NCBI RefSeq assembly: GCF_028368995.1
Contig: NZ_JAQNDL010000001.1
Location: forward strand, 1,024,001-1,088,000
Direction: 5' to 3'
DNA: 64,000 nt
Source of the DNA: Nannocystis bainbridge
Lineage (GTDB): Bacteria; Myxococcota_A; Polyangia; Nannocystales; Nannocystaceae
Shown here: piece after piece, positions 1 through 9,949 of the stretch
Numbering within the stretch: position 1 is the first letter of the stretch
Layout of the letters: every line of letters begins with the position of its first letter
Program-made: the position numbers and the translations under genes
Notes under the pieces: model-generated
Seen by the model: only the letters and a program-made list of their open reading frames with translations
What the model was told of the DNA's origin: nothing
The model's database searches: none

Positions 1-823
1 CCACCAGCCCGGGGCCCAGGGGCCAGATCTTGCTCTGGATGCCCAGCGAGAAGCCGCTGGTCCACAGCGCGATCCCGTCGGCGGCATAGCGCCGGGCCCA
101 CAGCTCATGGAGGCCGTCCTCGCCGACCACGAAGCCGGAGACGATCAGCTCGTCCTCGCCGACGATCGCAACGTCGGTGAGATAGTCCTCGCCGAGGCCG
201 CTGCCGAGGGTGTCCTCCCACACCACCGCGCCCGAGGGATCGAGGCGCGCCAGCCAGACGTCGTGGGCGTCATCGTCGGTGGCAAATCCGCCCGCGGCGT
301 AGATGCCGCCAGCGAACGTCGCCACGCCGGTGACGAGCCCGAATTCTGCGCCGTAGGACTGCGACCACTGCGGCTCGAGCGTATCGCTGAAGCGACCGAC
401 CCAGCGGGTGAACCCGGGATCGAGCCCGCCGGCGACGATGCTGCCGTCGGCGTCCACCGCCAGCGCGTTCACCACGTCCGAACCGCGGGTGGGCGGGCGA
501 AGCTCGACCAACAGTTGGCCCGACGGCTGACAATCGTTGTTGCAGCCGTCGCCGTTGAGGTCGTTGCCGTCGTCGCACGCCTCGCCTTCGTCGAGGTCGC
601 CGTCAGGGCACGGCGCCGCCGGTTCGGTCGTCGCCGCCGTCCCGGTCGGCTCGTCCGTCGTCGTCGTCGTCGTCGGACCCGGCCCGGCCGTCTCCGGCTC
701 GAGGGTCGTCCCCGTCGTCTGCGGCTCGTCGCCCGACGCAGTCTCCGGCTCTGGCGCCTCCGGCCCCGCCGGGCACGCGCTCAGCACCCACAAGATACCC
801 AAACTCGCATGAATCACTCTCAT
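1..823 (-). CDS. Lipoprotein with myxobacterial Cys-rich repeat (DUF4215-like) and beta-propeller-like region; runs off the left edge
   Basis: Not in the ORF track. My translation from ATG 823: MRVIHASLGILWVLSAC (lipobox), Thr-rich tether, CPDGDLDEGEACDDGNDLNGDGCNNDC, then repeats such as DVWLARLDPSGAVVW. Open to the window edge. Confidence 0.8.
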   Translation of the reverse strand, partial: MRVIHASLGILWVLSACPAGPEAPEPETASGDEPQTTGTTLEPETAGPGPTTTTTTDEPTGTAATTEPAAPCPDGDLDEGEACDDGNDLNGDGCNNDCQPSGQLLVELRPPTRGSDVVNALAVDADGSIVAGGLDPGFTRWVGRFSDTLEPQWSQSYGAEFGLVTGVATFAGGIYAAGGFATDDDAHDVWLARLDPSGAVVWEDTLGSGLGEDYLTDVAIVGEDELIVSGFVVGEDGLHELWARRYAADGIALWTSGFSLGIQSKIWPLGPGLV

Positions 824-900
824 GATCGATCGACCTCCAATGAACAACATGCATTGCACACACCGCCCAATGCGGCGTGCTCCTCGACTCGTTACTTCGC

Positions 901-3900
901 TTACTCGGTGCGCGCCATCAGCCAGCGCGTCAGACCATCTCTGTCTCTCGGGACATCCGCGGCCCGGCCCAGCGCCTCTGTGAACGGCCCGGGGGCGTCC
1001 CCACGGGTCGGCGCCAGCAGGCCCAGGCCGAGCGACCTGACGTGGAGCTCCTGCTGCAGCACGACGATCTCGCCGAGCACGAGGTCGAGCCGCAGCACCG
1101 AGTCGTCGACGTCGTGGATCAGCAGCTCGTCCTCGGCGACGAACGCGAGCTCCTGGGCCCCTGCGGGCAGCAGGTGCTCGCGGCCCGGGTCGTCCGCGCC
1201 CGCGAGCACCTGCACCCCGTAGCCCGCGGTCGTCACCGCCACGAGCGCGCCGCTCGGGCTGAACGCCAGGCGAGGGTACGGCTCCAATAGCAGCGACCGG
1301 CGCGTCACCACGCCGTCCTCGTAGAACGCCAGGGTGTCCGTCCCCTGCAGCGCGATCGCGGCTGCCGAACCGCGCGGGTCGAGGGCCACGATCGGCGGGG
1401 TTCCGCTTCGCACGCCACGCACGCCGCCGATCAGCACCGGCGCGCCGTCGCCGACGTGCAGGCCGAACACCATGTCCGAGCTCGTGTGCGCGATCAGGTC
1501 GGTGCCCGTCGCGGTGGCCCACAGCTGCAGGACCTCACCGTCGAGCTGCCAGCGCGCCGGCGGGCCCGCGCCGGTGAACGCGAGCACGGTGCCGTCGGCC
1601 AATCCGAGCGCGTACGTGTCCCCCGACTCGGCCAGCGCGACCGCCCGGACCGGGTCATCGGCGGCGATGATCGAGCCGACGCCGTCGCCCTCGATCAGGC
1701 AGGCGCCACGCTCGCGGCCGACGATCAGCGCCCGGCCGCGGCCGTCGCAGGCCCGACGTGACGGCCGCCCATAGTCTTGGACCAGATCGAGCTGCAGGGG
1801 ACACATCACGCGGCTGCGGCGGCCGTCGCGGATCCGCACGAGCTCGGGCTCGCCGCGGCCCCCGAGCGAGACGGCGATGGCGTGGCTGTCGTCGGGCGCA
1901 GCCGCGAGCCACCTGTCCTTCCGGACATGTGGTAAAGGCTCGGGCCGCCACCACCATAGATCACGGCCCCGCGTGCCGACGAACCCCCCGTCAGTCGTGA
2001 ACGCGCCGCGCTCGTGCTCGCCGCCGGCCAGCGCGCGGAAGATCCGCCCGCTCTCCACCGACCACAACAACCAGCGACCGTCATAGCGGCTCGCAAACCG
2101 ATCGCCGGCGTCGGCCACCGTGAGCTCGCTCTGGCTCTCGGCGAACGCCTGCCGCTGCGCGAAGGAGCGGTAAAGGTCGGTCTCCCACAGCGACTCCCCT
2201 GACTCGAGATCGATCCGCACCAGCTGCGGCTCGTCCATGCTCGGGGGGAGGTCCGGCCGCTTGCGCAGCACGAGCGCCCGATCGTCGCGCGAGATCGCCA
2301 GCGGGCGGCCTTCGAGCGGCCGCGTGGTGCCGTCGCGCAGAGACAGCGCCTTGCCGGGCTCGAGCAGCCACAGCCCGCTGGGCGCGAACATCGTCGGAAT
2401 GCGCAGGTCAGGGAGCGGTGTGATCTCGTCGCCCGTCACCAGGAGGGCCGTCTGCTGCACACCGCTGACGGCGATCGAGCGCCCATCGGGGCTCATCGCG
2501 GCCCGGAGGGACCGCGGGAACGGCAGCGCGGTCATCGGCGCCGGCCGCATCGTCAGGTCCCAGGTGTAGGCCGCCGCCGGGTCGAGCCACCCGAGTCCCA
2601 TCACCCCGAGCGACGCCAGGGTCTCGCCGCCCCGCGACATCTCCCATCGGTGCGACGTGAGCCCGGCGCCGATCGGCAGCGACGACAGATCGATCGCCTC
2701 CGGCGCCTCCTCGCCGCGGACGATCACGCCGTGCGATCCGGCCAGCGCCGCCCACACGGGCGCCTCGGCGGCGGCGACCACCGAGCCGAACGGCGCCGCC
2801 AGATCGATCACCGATTCGCCGCGACCTGTCCCCAAGTTCCAGCGCCGCACGACCCCGCCGCCGTCGATGCTCACGAGCCCGCCGTCGGCCAGCGGCGCCA
2901 CGCGCTCGACCCGCCGCGCGTGCCCGCGGAGCACCCGATCCGGCGCGCCGCGGACGATCGCCGCGACGGCGACGGCGCGGGCCCTCCGAAGGTCGAGCGG
3001 ATCGCTCAGGTCGACCTCTCGCAACAGTCGCAGCGCCTCGGCCGGATCGTCGTCGAGGCCGCCGCGCGCCTGCGCCAGCACCGCGTCGTTGGCTCGCCGC
3101 CGCGCCTCGGCCTCGGCTGCCTCCGCGCGCGACCTGGCGGCCTCGAGCCCGCGCACGTACACGATCGACCCCGCCGCCACGGCCACCAGCACCGCCGCGG
3201 CCGCCGTCACCGCGACGCGATGACGCCTGAGCCACAAGCGCAGCAGCTCGCCCGCCTGATAGCGGTGCGCGTCGACCAGCCGCCCGGCCGCGAACCGCCG
3301 CAGATCGTCGGCCAGCGCCGCCGCCCCGGGATAGCGATCACCTGGCCGCGGGGACATGGCCTTTTGTGCGATCGCCACCAGCTCGCGCGGCGCCTCGGCG
3401 GCCAGCGGACGCAGGTCCTCGACCTCCTCGGCGAGCAGGCGCTCCAGCAGCTGCGACGCCTCCAGCGACGCGTGCGGCGGGCGCCCGGCCAGCACGTGGA
3501 ACAGCACCGCGCCGAGCGCATAGACATCGGTGCGAGCATCGACCGTCGCGCCGCGGGCCTGCTCCGGCGGCATGTAGCGCAGCGTGCCGACGACCGCCCC
3601 GACGCCCGTCGCGTCGCCCGCCGCGGCTGCGCCCTCGCCCGCCGACTCGCCGGGCTGCGCCGCTCGGGTGTCCTTGGCCAGGCCCCAGTCGATCACCACC
3701 GTCTCGCCGTGCGGGCCGATCAGGATGTTGCTCGGCTTGAGGTCGCGGTGGACCACCCCGTGCTGGTGCGCGTACGCGATCGCGTCGGCGGCCGCGAGCA
3801 CGTGCGCCACCAGGCCGATGCGCCCGCGCAGGCTCGGCTCGTCGGCGATCACCCGCGCCAGCGACTCGCCCTCGACCAGCTTCATGCAGTAATAGGGCTC

Positions 3901-4317
3901 GCCGTCGGCGAAGGAGCCCACGTCGTGCAGCGGCACGATCCCCGGGTGCTGCAGCCGCGCCGTGATGCGGGCCTCGAGCGCGAACCGCCGCGCCGCCTCC
4001 GGGTCGCGCCGCCGCAGCGTCTTGATCGCCACCGTGCGTCCCAGATGGCGATCGTATGCGCGCCGGATCACCCCCAACCCGCCGGCCGCGAACACCTCGC
4101 CGATCGCGTAGCGCTCGTCGCCCTCCGGCCCGTCCGCCGCCTCGGACGCGTCACTCAGGCGATCGACGCGCGCCAGCAGCCGCGCCCGTGCTTCGCGGAT
4201 CGCCGTCGAGGGCGCGGGGTCGGGGTGGAGTGCGAGCGCGGGCACGTCGGATGGGGCCTCGCTGGACATGTGCCGCGACGGCGGCTCGTGATCCCCGCCC
4301 CCCGATCTTTTTTTCAC
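901..4317 (-). CDS. Ser/Thr protein kinase with hydrophobic segment and C-terminal WD40-like beta-propeller
   Basis: VAIK, HRDLKPSN, DWG, GTLRYMPPEQ motifs; LRGHARRV...VRRWNL WD-type repeat. Start overlaps the upstream sigma stop (GTGA); a slightly later ATG (MSSEAP) is possible. Confidence 0.92.
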   Translation of the reverse strand: MKKRSGGGDHEPPSRHMSSEAPSDVPALALHPDPAPSTAIREARARLLARVDRLSDASEAADGPEGDERYAIGEVFAAGGLGVIRRAYDRHLGRTVAIKTLRRRDPEAARRFALEARITARLQHPGIVPLHDVGSFADGEPYYCMKLVEGESLARVIADEPSLRGRIGLVAHVLAAADAIAYAHQHGVVHRDLKPSNILIGPHGETVVIDWGLAKDTRAAQPGESAGEGAAAAGDATGVGAVVGTLRYMPPEQARGATVDARTDVYALGAVLFHVLAGRPPHASLEASQLLERLLAEEVEDLRPLAAEAPRELVAIAQKAMSPRPGDRYPGAAALADDLRRFAAGRLVDAHRYQAGELLRLWLRRHRVAVTAAAAVLVAVAAGSIVYVRGLEAARSRAEAAEAEARRRANDAVLAQARGGLDDDPAEALRLLREVDLSDPLDLRRARAVAVAAIVRGAPDRVLRGHARRVERVAPLADGGLVSIDGGGVVRRWNLGTGRGESVIDLAAPFGSVVAAAEAPVWAALAGSHGVIVRGEEAPEAIDLSSLPIGAGLTSHRWEMSRGGETLASLGVMGLGWLDPAAAYTWDLTMRPAPMTALPFPRSLRAAMSPDGRSIAVSGVQQTALLVTGDEITPLPDLRIPTMFAPSGLWLLEPGKALSLRDGTTRPLEGRPLAISRDDRALVLRKRPDLPPSMDEPQLVRIDLESGESLWETDLYRSFAQRQAFAESQSELTVADAGDRFASRYDGRWLLWSVESGRIFRALAGGEHERGAFTTDGGFVGTRGRDLWWWRPEPLPHVRKDRWLAAAPDDSHAIAVSLGGRGEPELVRIRDGRRSRVMCPLQLDLVQDYGRPSRRACDGRGRALIVGRERGACLIEGDGVGSIIAADDPVRAVALAESGDTYALGLADGTVLAFTGAGPPARWQLDGEVLQLWATATGTDLIAHTSSDMVFGLHVGDGAPVLIGGVRGVRSGTPPIVALDPRGSAAAIALQGTDTLAFYEDGVVTRRSLLLEPYPRLAFSPSGALVAVTTAGYGVQVLAGADDPGREHLLPAGAQELAFVAEDELLIHDVDDSVLRLDLVLGEIVVLQQELHVRSLGLGLLAPTRGDAPGPFTEALGRAADVPRDRDGLTRWLMARTE

Positions 4318-4943
4318 GCGCCCTCGACCCGCACCCGGCCGAAGCGGGCCTCGATGTCGGCGCGGATGCTGGCCAGGCAGCTGTCGAGGTCACGCAGCGC
4401 CGGCGCGTGCGAGGTCCCGGCCGCCAGCGCGTCCACTGCGGCCCGCAGGCGGCCGCGCGCGCGTTGCAGCCGGCGCGCCACCGTCGGTTGCGGCACCTTG
4501 AACAGCGCTGCCAGCTCCGCCTGCGCCAGCCCCTCCCAGTCCTTGAGCTCGATGAGGATCTGGTCGTCGAGGTCGAGCCCGCGCAGCGCCGTCGCCACCA
4601 GCCGCAGCGTCTCTTGCTGGGCCAGCGTCCCGCTCGGCGACGGATCGGCCGCCGGCAATGCGCTGTCGTCGATCGCCTCGAAGCGGCGCTCGCGGCGGCT
4701 CCAGCCCATCAGGACGAAGCGGGCCACCCCGAGCAAGTAGGCGCGGAACGAGCCCTCGCCGCGGAACCCCTCCTGCCGCCGGCACAGCGTCTCGAACGTC
4801 TTCTGCGCCAGGTCCTCGCACACCGGCGGCGGCGCCTTGCCGTGGAAGAACCGGAACACCGCCGCGTAGTGGCGCTCGATCAGCGCCTGCCCGGCCTCGC
4901 GCCGCCCCGCCCGCCAGCTCGTCAGCAGCGCGTCGTCATCCAC
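4314..4943 (-). CDS. ECF sigma-70 family RNA polymerase sigma factor
   Basis: DDALLTSWRAG, EDLAQKTF, SFRAYLLGVAR (region 2); ELAALFKVPQPTVARRLQRAR (region 4 HTH). Confidence 0.9.
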   Translation of the reverse strand: MDDDALLTSWRAGRREAGQALIERHYAAVFRFFHGKAPPPVCEDLAQKTFETLCRRQEGFRGEGSFRAYLLGVARFVLMGWSRRERRFEAIDDSALPAADPSPSGTLAQQETLRLVATALRGLDLDDQILIELKDWEGLAQAELAALFKVPQPTVARRLQRARGRLRAAVDALAAGTSHAPALRDLDSCLASIRADIEARFGRVRVEGA

Positions 4944-5007
4944 CCCAGCACGATCGCAAGCCGCCCGGGGCCGGTCAAGCGCGCGCCTCGCTCACCGCAC
5001 GAAACCG

Positions 5008-5091
5008 CGCCCAACGGGACATGTCCGCCTCGACATGCTCCGAAGCACATGCCCGATGAGACATGCCCCTTACGACATGTCCTTCGCGCCA
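5008..5091. repeat. Array of six 14-bp TGTCC-N4-GGACA-type palindromic units
   Basis: CGCCCAACGGGACA|TGTCCGCCTCGACA|TGCTCCGAAGCACA|TGCCCGATGAGACA|TGCCCCTTACGACA|TGTCCTTCGCGCCA, exact 14-bp period. Confidence 0.85.
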
Positions 5092-5137
5092 TCACGGCGA
5101 AGCTTCTTCGCCGCCCGTGCCCGCGGCGCTCGACGTC

Positions 5138-6655
5138 TCACTCGCGCCCGAGCGGAGGCAGCTCGCCGCACACCAGCTCTTCCGCGTACAGGTAGCCGAA
5201 GAAGCGCGCGCGGCCCGTCTCCGTGTCCGCCACCAGCACGGACATCGGCCGTGGGTCGTGACCTGCACGGCATTGCGCGCGGGACAGCACGAACTCGCGC
5301 AGCGCCCTCGCCTCGGTCGCGATCGTCTGGTTGACCGCGGCCGGCCCCGGGTCGAAGCGGGCCAGCTGGTGCATCGGCCCCGCGCCTGGCACGAACAGAT
5401 CGGCCTCCTCCACGCGCCAGCCTGCTTGTGGCTGGGCCAGCTCCGGGCTGGCCAGCAGGTCGCCGACGCTGGCCAGGCGGCTGCGGGCCTCGAGCAGGTC
5501 GGCGCCGGTGAAGCGCCAGCGGCGGGGCGTGCAGATATCCTCGAGCACGGCATGCACCTCGGCCACTGCGCCGAGGCGGTCGGCCAGGGTCGACCAGTCG
5601 CGGTCGAGCGCCGCCGTCGCGGCCTCCGCCGCATCGCGGCCGAGCTGGCGCAGCTCGCCTGGATAATCGCGGCCGACCAGCATCGGGCAGCGCTCGGACA
5701 GCGCCAGCCCCGGCTCGGGCGCCGCCACCCGGGCCCCGCCGGCCGACAGCACCACCCGCGGCGCCACCGGGCAGCGGTCGGCCGACGCGCAGGTCGCGTA
5801 TGGCTGCACGTACTCCCAGTAGGCCCGGCCGCACTCGTACCTGGCCCTCGCGTCAGGTTCGCTCGGCGCCTCGGCCCCGGCGAAGGCCCGCAGCTCCGCG
5901 TGGATCTCCGGCACGAACGCCGCCAGCTCCGCGCTGTAGTAGCGCCACAGCAGCGCGTCCGCGTGGTTGAGGAAGCCCTCGAGCTGCGCCAGCCCCTGCT
6001 CCTGGCCCTCCGCCAGGGCCCGGATCGCCGGCTCGCAGCCGCCGACGCGCGCGGCCGGCAGCGCCTTCCAGGCCGTCAGGTCGATCGGCGCCGCGTCGAC
6101 GCTGACGATCGATATGGCGCTCGGGTCATGTCTTTGCAGCCATGTCCTTTGGAGCAGGATCCCATCGGCCCGGTAGCGCGGGCGGCCGGCCCCCGGCTCG
6201 CGCGCGGCGGTCAGCGCCGCCGGCTGGGCCACGATCGCCGCCTGCTCGGCCTGGCGCACGCTGGAGATCCGCAGCGCCGGGCTCAACGCCTGCAGCGCCG
6301 GGCCCACGCGCGCGTCCCAGCCGGCCAGGCCCGGGCCGAGCAGCACCTCGACCGTCGGCGAGGCCGTCAGCGCGGTCGCCAGCGCCTCCGCGTCGCCGGC
6401 CGTCAGCGTCGGCGGCGACCAGGCCACCGCCAGGCTCGGCAGGCCGAGCCCGGTGCGCGGCGGCGGTGGCCCGCCTGGAAGCTGACTCTGGCTGCCGAGC
6501 GCTGGCACGGCCGCCCCGGTGCCTGGCCGCGGCCCGCACGTCAGCGTCGCCACGCCGGCCAGGATCACCCCTGCCGCGCGCGTGCCCGACCTGCGGGGCG
6601 CGCCGCGGCGTCGCGCGTCCGCGCGAGCGAGGCGATGGGAGGAGCCGCCAGCCAC
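5138..6655 (-). CDS. Hypothetical exported protein or lipoprotein
   Basis: 505-aa ORF with hydrophobic N-terminal stretch ending in Cys (VILAGVATLTC) and paired Cys; no family recognised; start uncertain. Confidence 0.65.
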   Translation of the reverse strand: MAGGSSHRLARADARRRGAPRRSGTRAAGVILAGVATLTCGPRPGTGAAVPALGSQSQLPGGPPPPRTGLGLPSLAVAWSPPTLTAGDAEALATALTASPTVEVLLGPGLAGWDARVGPALQALSPALRISSVRQAEQAAIVAQPAALTAAREPGAGRPRYRADGILLQRTWLQRHDPSAISIVSVDAAPIDLTAWKALPAARVGGCEPAIRALAEGQEQGLAQLEGFLNHADALLWRYYSAELAAFVPEIHAELRAFAGAEAPSEPDARARYECGRAYWEYVQPYATCASADRCPVAPRVVLSAGGARVAAPEPGLALSERCPMLVGRDYPGELRQLGRDAAEAATAALDRDWSTLADRLGAVAEVHAVLEDICTPRRWRFTGADLLEARSRLASVGDLLASPELAQPQAGWRVEEADLFVPGAGPMHQLARFDPGPAAVNQTIATEARALREFVLSRAQCRAGHDPRPMSVLVADTETGRARFFGYLYAEELVCGELPPLGRE

Positions 6656-6845
6656 GACCCTCTTACTCTACGGTCGGTCCACGCATGCAGCGGTGATCTG
6701 GCGCACTCGCGCCCGGACCGCCAGAAATCGGCGCGAACGAGGCGCAGCCGGCGAATTGCGCCTGCCGCGCAAAACCGTTCCCGACGCGCGCGCGGCTCCA
6801 GGCGCGGGCGGATGGGCCGGTACCCTGGCGTGATATGCTGCCGCC

Positions 6846-8651
6846 GTGCCCGCCTCGCGCCCCTGGACTGTCCTGAGCGTCCTCGCCGTGTCAGCCGGTC
6901 TTTTGGGCCTGGCGCGCGAGGCCGCCGCCGACGAGCCGATCCTCGTCGAGTTCCACTACACCCCGGTGCCCGACGTCCAGATGGCGATCTGGCTCGAGGA
7001 TCAGGACGGCAACTTTGTGCAAGACGTCCTCGTCACGCAGGCCACCGGCAAGTACGGCATCGGCAACCGGCCCGGCATCTGGAACTTCGTGTCGAGCTGG
7101 CGCGCGCCCTACGGCCCGCGGCAGAACGTGCTGCCGGTGTGGTCGCACCGGCGCGGCAAGAAGTACCCGCGGATCGTCTTCCACGACGACAACCCGGCCG
7201 ACCTCGAGTCGCTCGGCTGGCACGAGAACAGCAGCTCCGCCGAGAACTACTACTGCCGGCCGCTGACCGCCTCCGAGCACGAGACCATCTCCGTCGACAC
7301 CAAGACCTGCCCCTCGCCCAAGGTCTTTCAGTCCGACAAGGGCCGCTTCGATCCCAAGGGCAACCAGGTGTTCTACCCGCCGCGCAACGACCTCGTCGAC
7401 TTCGAGGCCGGCGGCGACCACGAGGACATCAAGCAATACGCCGACATCAATGACCTCGACGCCGTCACCGCCGCCACCCCGGTCGGCGACATGGCCGAGT
7501 TCACCACCCTGCTGCTGTCGCCCGAGGCGGTCGCCAAGGGCCCGCTGACCGCCTACGTCGAGGTCAACCTCGAGCGCGACGAGAACGCCGACTTCGACTA
7601 CGACCGCGAGGACGACCACTTCGTCGACACCCGCCTCGAGAACTACGGCATCGAGTTCCTCGGCCAGCCCTCGGTCGTCTACAAGGTCGCGTTCGACCCG
7701 CGCGAGCGCGAATTCGTCGGCACCACCCAGTACCTCGGCTACGGCGACTGGAACGGCGCCACCGGCTCGCTGCACCCCGCCGACGGCAAGCTCAGCGAGT
7801 CGAACGGCAGCGGCGCCGACCGCCTGCGGATCATGAGCAAGAACGGCGACACGTTCCGCTGGGGCGTGTTCTCGTACGGCAAGGACAGCGGCGGCACCAC
7901 CACCAGCGACGGCTCGGACACCGGCGACGGCACCGGCGACGGCACCGGCGACGGCACTGGCGCCACCGGCGAGCAGACCACCGACAGCGACAGCGGCGAC
8001 GACAGCGACGGCTGGGGCCAGTGCGGCCAGATCGCCCCGCTGGCCCCGATCGACGACCTCGCGCTCGCCGGCATGTCGTTCGACCGCGTCCAGCTCAGCT
8101 TCCGCATGCCCGCGCAGCCGGACCCCGACTTCTCGCTGACCAAGATCCACGTCTATCACATCACCGGCGACAACCCGCTGACCGACGAGCTGCTCGGCGC
8201 GGCCTTCCTCAAGACCTTCAGCGCCGCCGAGCTCGCGGCCACCGAGGGCCTGGTGACGCTCGAGATCGGCGAGCTGTGGGGCGACTACACCTACCAGTTC
8301 GCGGTCGTGTACGAGGACAAGTGCACCAACCGCAGCCCGATCGTCGGCGCCGAGATCACGACCCAGGCGCAGGAGTTCCAGACCGTCGACAGCTTCTGCT
8401 TCGTCGCCACCGCCGCCTGGGGCGCCCCGTGGGCCGCCCAGGTCGCCGCGCTGCGCTCGTTCCGCGACGCCTACCTCAAGACCACCCCCACCGGCATCGA
8501 CCTGGTCCGCTTCTACTACGCCTACAGCCCGCCGCTGGCCCGCGTCATCCAGCACGAGCCGCTGCTCCGCGGCCTCGCCCGCGTCGTCCTCCAGCCGGTC
8601 GCCGACGCCGCCGGCCTGGCCACCCGCGCCCAGCCGACCCATGGCGGTTAG
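6846..8651 (+). CDS. Secreted protein: DUF2271-like N-terminus, FN3-like domain, C-terminal CFI-box-CTERM-like domain
   Basis: Signal peptide; QMAIWLEDQDGNFV...LPVW...DAVTAATP; C-terminal FCFVATAAWG...LRSFRDAYL...FYYAYSPPLA. Confidence 0.8.
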   Translation: MPASRPWTVLSVLAVSAGLLGLAREAAADEPILVEFHYTPVPDVQMAIWLEDQDGNFVQDVLVTQATGKYGIGNRPGIWNFVSSWRAPYGPRQNVLPVWSHRRGKKYPRIVFHDDNPADLESLGWHENSSSAENYYCRPLTASEHETISVDTKTCPSPKVFQSDKGRFDPKGNQVFYPPRNDLVDFEAGGDHEDIKQYADINDLDAVTAATPVGDMAEFTTLLLSPEAVAKGPLTAYVEVNLERDENADFDYDREDDHFVDTRLENYGIEFLGQPSVVYKVAFDPREREFVGTTQYLGYGDWNGATGSLHPADGKLSESNGSGADRLRIMSKNGDTFRWGVFSYGKDSGGTTTSDGSDTGDGTGDGTGDGTGATGEQTTDSDSGDDSDGWGQCGQIAPLAPIDDLALAGMSFDRVQLSFRMPAQPDPDFSLTKIHVYHITGDNPLTDELLGAAFLKTFSAAELAATEGLVTLEIGELWGDYTYQFAVVYEDKCTNRSPIVGAEITTQAQEFQTVDSFCFVATAAWGAPWAAQVAALRSFRDAYLKTTPTGIDLVRFYYAYSPPLARVIQHEPLLRGLARVVLQPVADAAGLATRAQPTHGG

Positions 8652-9369
8652 CCCCCTCGCCGCGGCCCTCGCCGCGCTCGCGCTGGCCGCCGCGCCGGCT
8701 GCCCCTGCGAACATGTCCCCTGCGCCAGGTCCCTGGGAACCTGTCGCTGTGGACATGTCCCCTGAGACACCCTTCGGCCCGCTGCCCGCGACCTCGGGCC
8801 AGCCGCGCCCGGCCCCGAGCCCGCCCGGCCCCGCGGCTCAGCCCGCGAACGGCCCCGCGAACGGCTCCGCGCCCCCGCCTGGTCCGGGCCCCGCCGCCGG
8901 GCCTGGCGCGCGCACGCCGACGGCGACCTCGCCCGGCCTGGCGACCCCCGGCATGCCCGGCCCCGCCTCTGCGCCTGTCCCTTCGGACAGGCCCACCGAA
9001 GCTGTCCACCCGGCCAGCCCGCCGGTGCCCGCCGAGGCCGTCGCCGGGCCGCCGCTGGTCGAGGGCCCCGCCCCGGCCCCCGGCGGCCGCCTGTGCCACG
9101 GCTCGGGCGCCTGTCGTCGCCTGCTGATCCTCGGCGGCGTGGCGGGCGGCCTCGGCCTCGGCGCCATCGCCACCGGCGTCGCCCTGCTGGCCCGACCGCT
9201 CGCGCTCGATCCCGAGGACCCGACCGCGCTCGTCACCTACCGCCCCGCCGGCGCCGCCCTCCTGGCCGTCGGCGCCGGCCTGGCCGCCACCTGGCTCCTC
9301 ACCCTGCTCGCCGCCCGCAAGGCCGGCCGCCTGGCCCAGCGCCTGCGCGCCGCAGTGGCTGTCCCGTGA
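8641..9369 (+). CDS. Pro-rich exported membrane protein
   Basis: Signal-like N-terminus, Pro/Ala-rich linker, two C-terminal hydrophobic helices; overlaps the upstream stop. Confidence 0.6.
   Translation: MAVSPLAAALAALALAAAPAAPANMSPAPGPWEPVAVDMSPETPFGPLPATSGQPRPAPSPPGPAAQPANGPANGSAPPPGPGPAAGPGARTPTATSPGLATPGMPGPASAPVPSDRPTEAVHPASPPVPAEAVAGPPLVEGPAPAPGGRLCHGSGACRRLLILGGVAGGLGLGAIATGVALLARPLALDPEDPTALVTYRPAGAALLAVGAGLAATWLLTLLAARKAGRLAQRLRAAVAVP
8700..8769. repeat. Five 14-bp palindromic units embedded in a CDS
   Basis: TGCCCCTGCGAACA|TGTCCCCTGCGCCA|GGTCCCTGGGAACC|TGTCGCTGTGGACA|TGTCCCCTGAGACA. Confidence 0.75.
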
Positions 9370-9528
9370 GCCATCTCCTCGCATTCTCTCGGCGCGCCGT
9401 CGCACCTGACCCATGAGCCATGTCTCACCATTCCCGCGGCCCGATGCGTCTGCCCCTCGCCGGCGCGCGCCCTGTCCCATGAGACATCTACCCGCAATCC
9501 CGGCCCCGCGCCGCGCCGGACCTGTCCC

Positions 9529-9789
9529 ATGAGGCCGCTTCTGTTCGTGCTCGCCTTCCTCGCCGGGGCCTGCCGGATCCCCAACCCCGACCACTGCGTC
9601 CACCGGGACGTCCACAGCGACGCCTGGTGCGCCGACAACAGCCCGGCGCGGCCCTACTGTTCGCCCTGCGTCGCCGAGGGGCACGGCTGCGTCGCCGACC
9701 CGCCCGACTCTGACGACTGCCCCGCCTACGCGCCCGACGGCACCACCGGCACCACCGGCACCGCCGGCGACGACAGCACCACCGGCTGA
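9529..9789 (+). CDS. Small Cys-rich lipoprotein
   Basis: MRPLLFVLAFLAGAC lipobox; six further Cys; Thr/Gly-rich tail. Confidence 0.7.
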   Translation: MRPLLFVLAFLAGACRIPNPDHCVHRDVHSDAWCADNSPARPYCSPCVAEGHGCVADPPDSDDCPAYAPDGTTGTTGTAGDDSTTG

Positions 9790-9949
9790 CGGTCGCTCAC
9801 GGGTCCTCGCCACGACCCCGCGGCGGCGACCCGCGAGCCTCGCATTCTGTCTCAGAATGCGCTGGCTCGGATCGACTCACGCGAATCACTGGCTGCGCAG
9901 CGACGGCCGCCGCGCTTTCGAAAAGAGGTGAGCCGTCGCGCCCTTGCCG

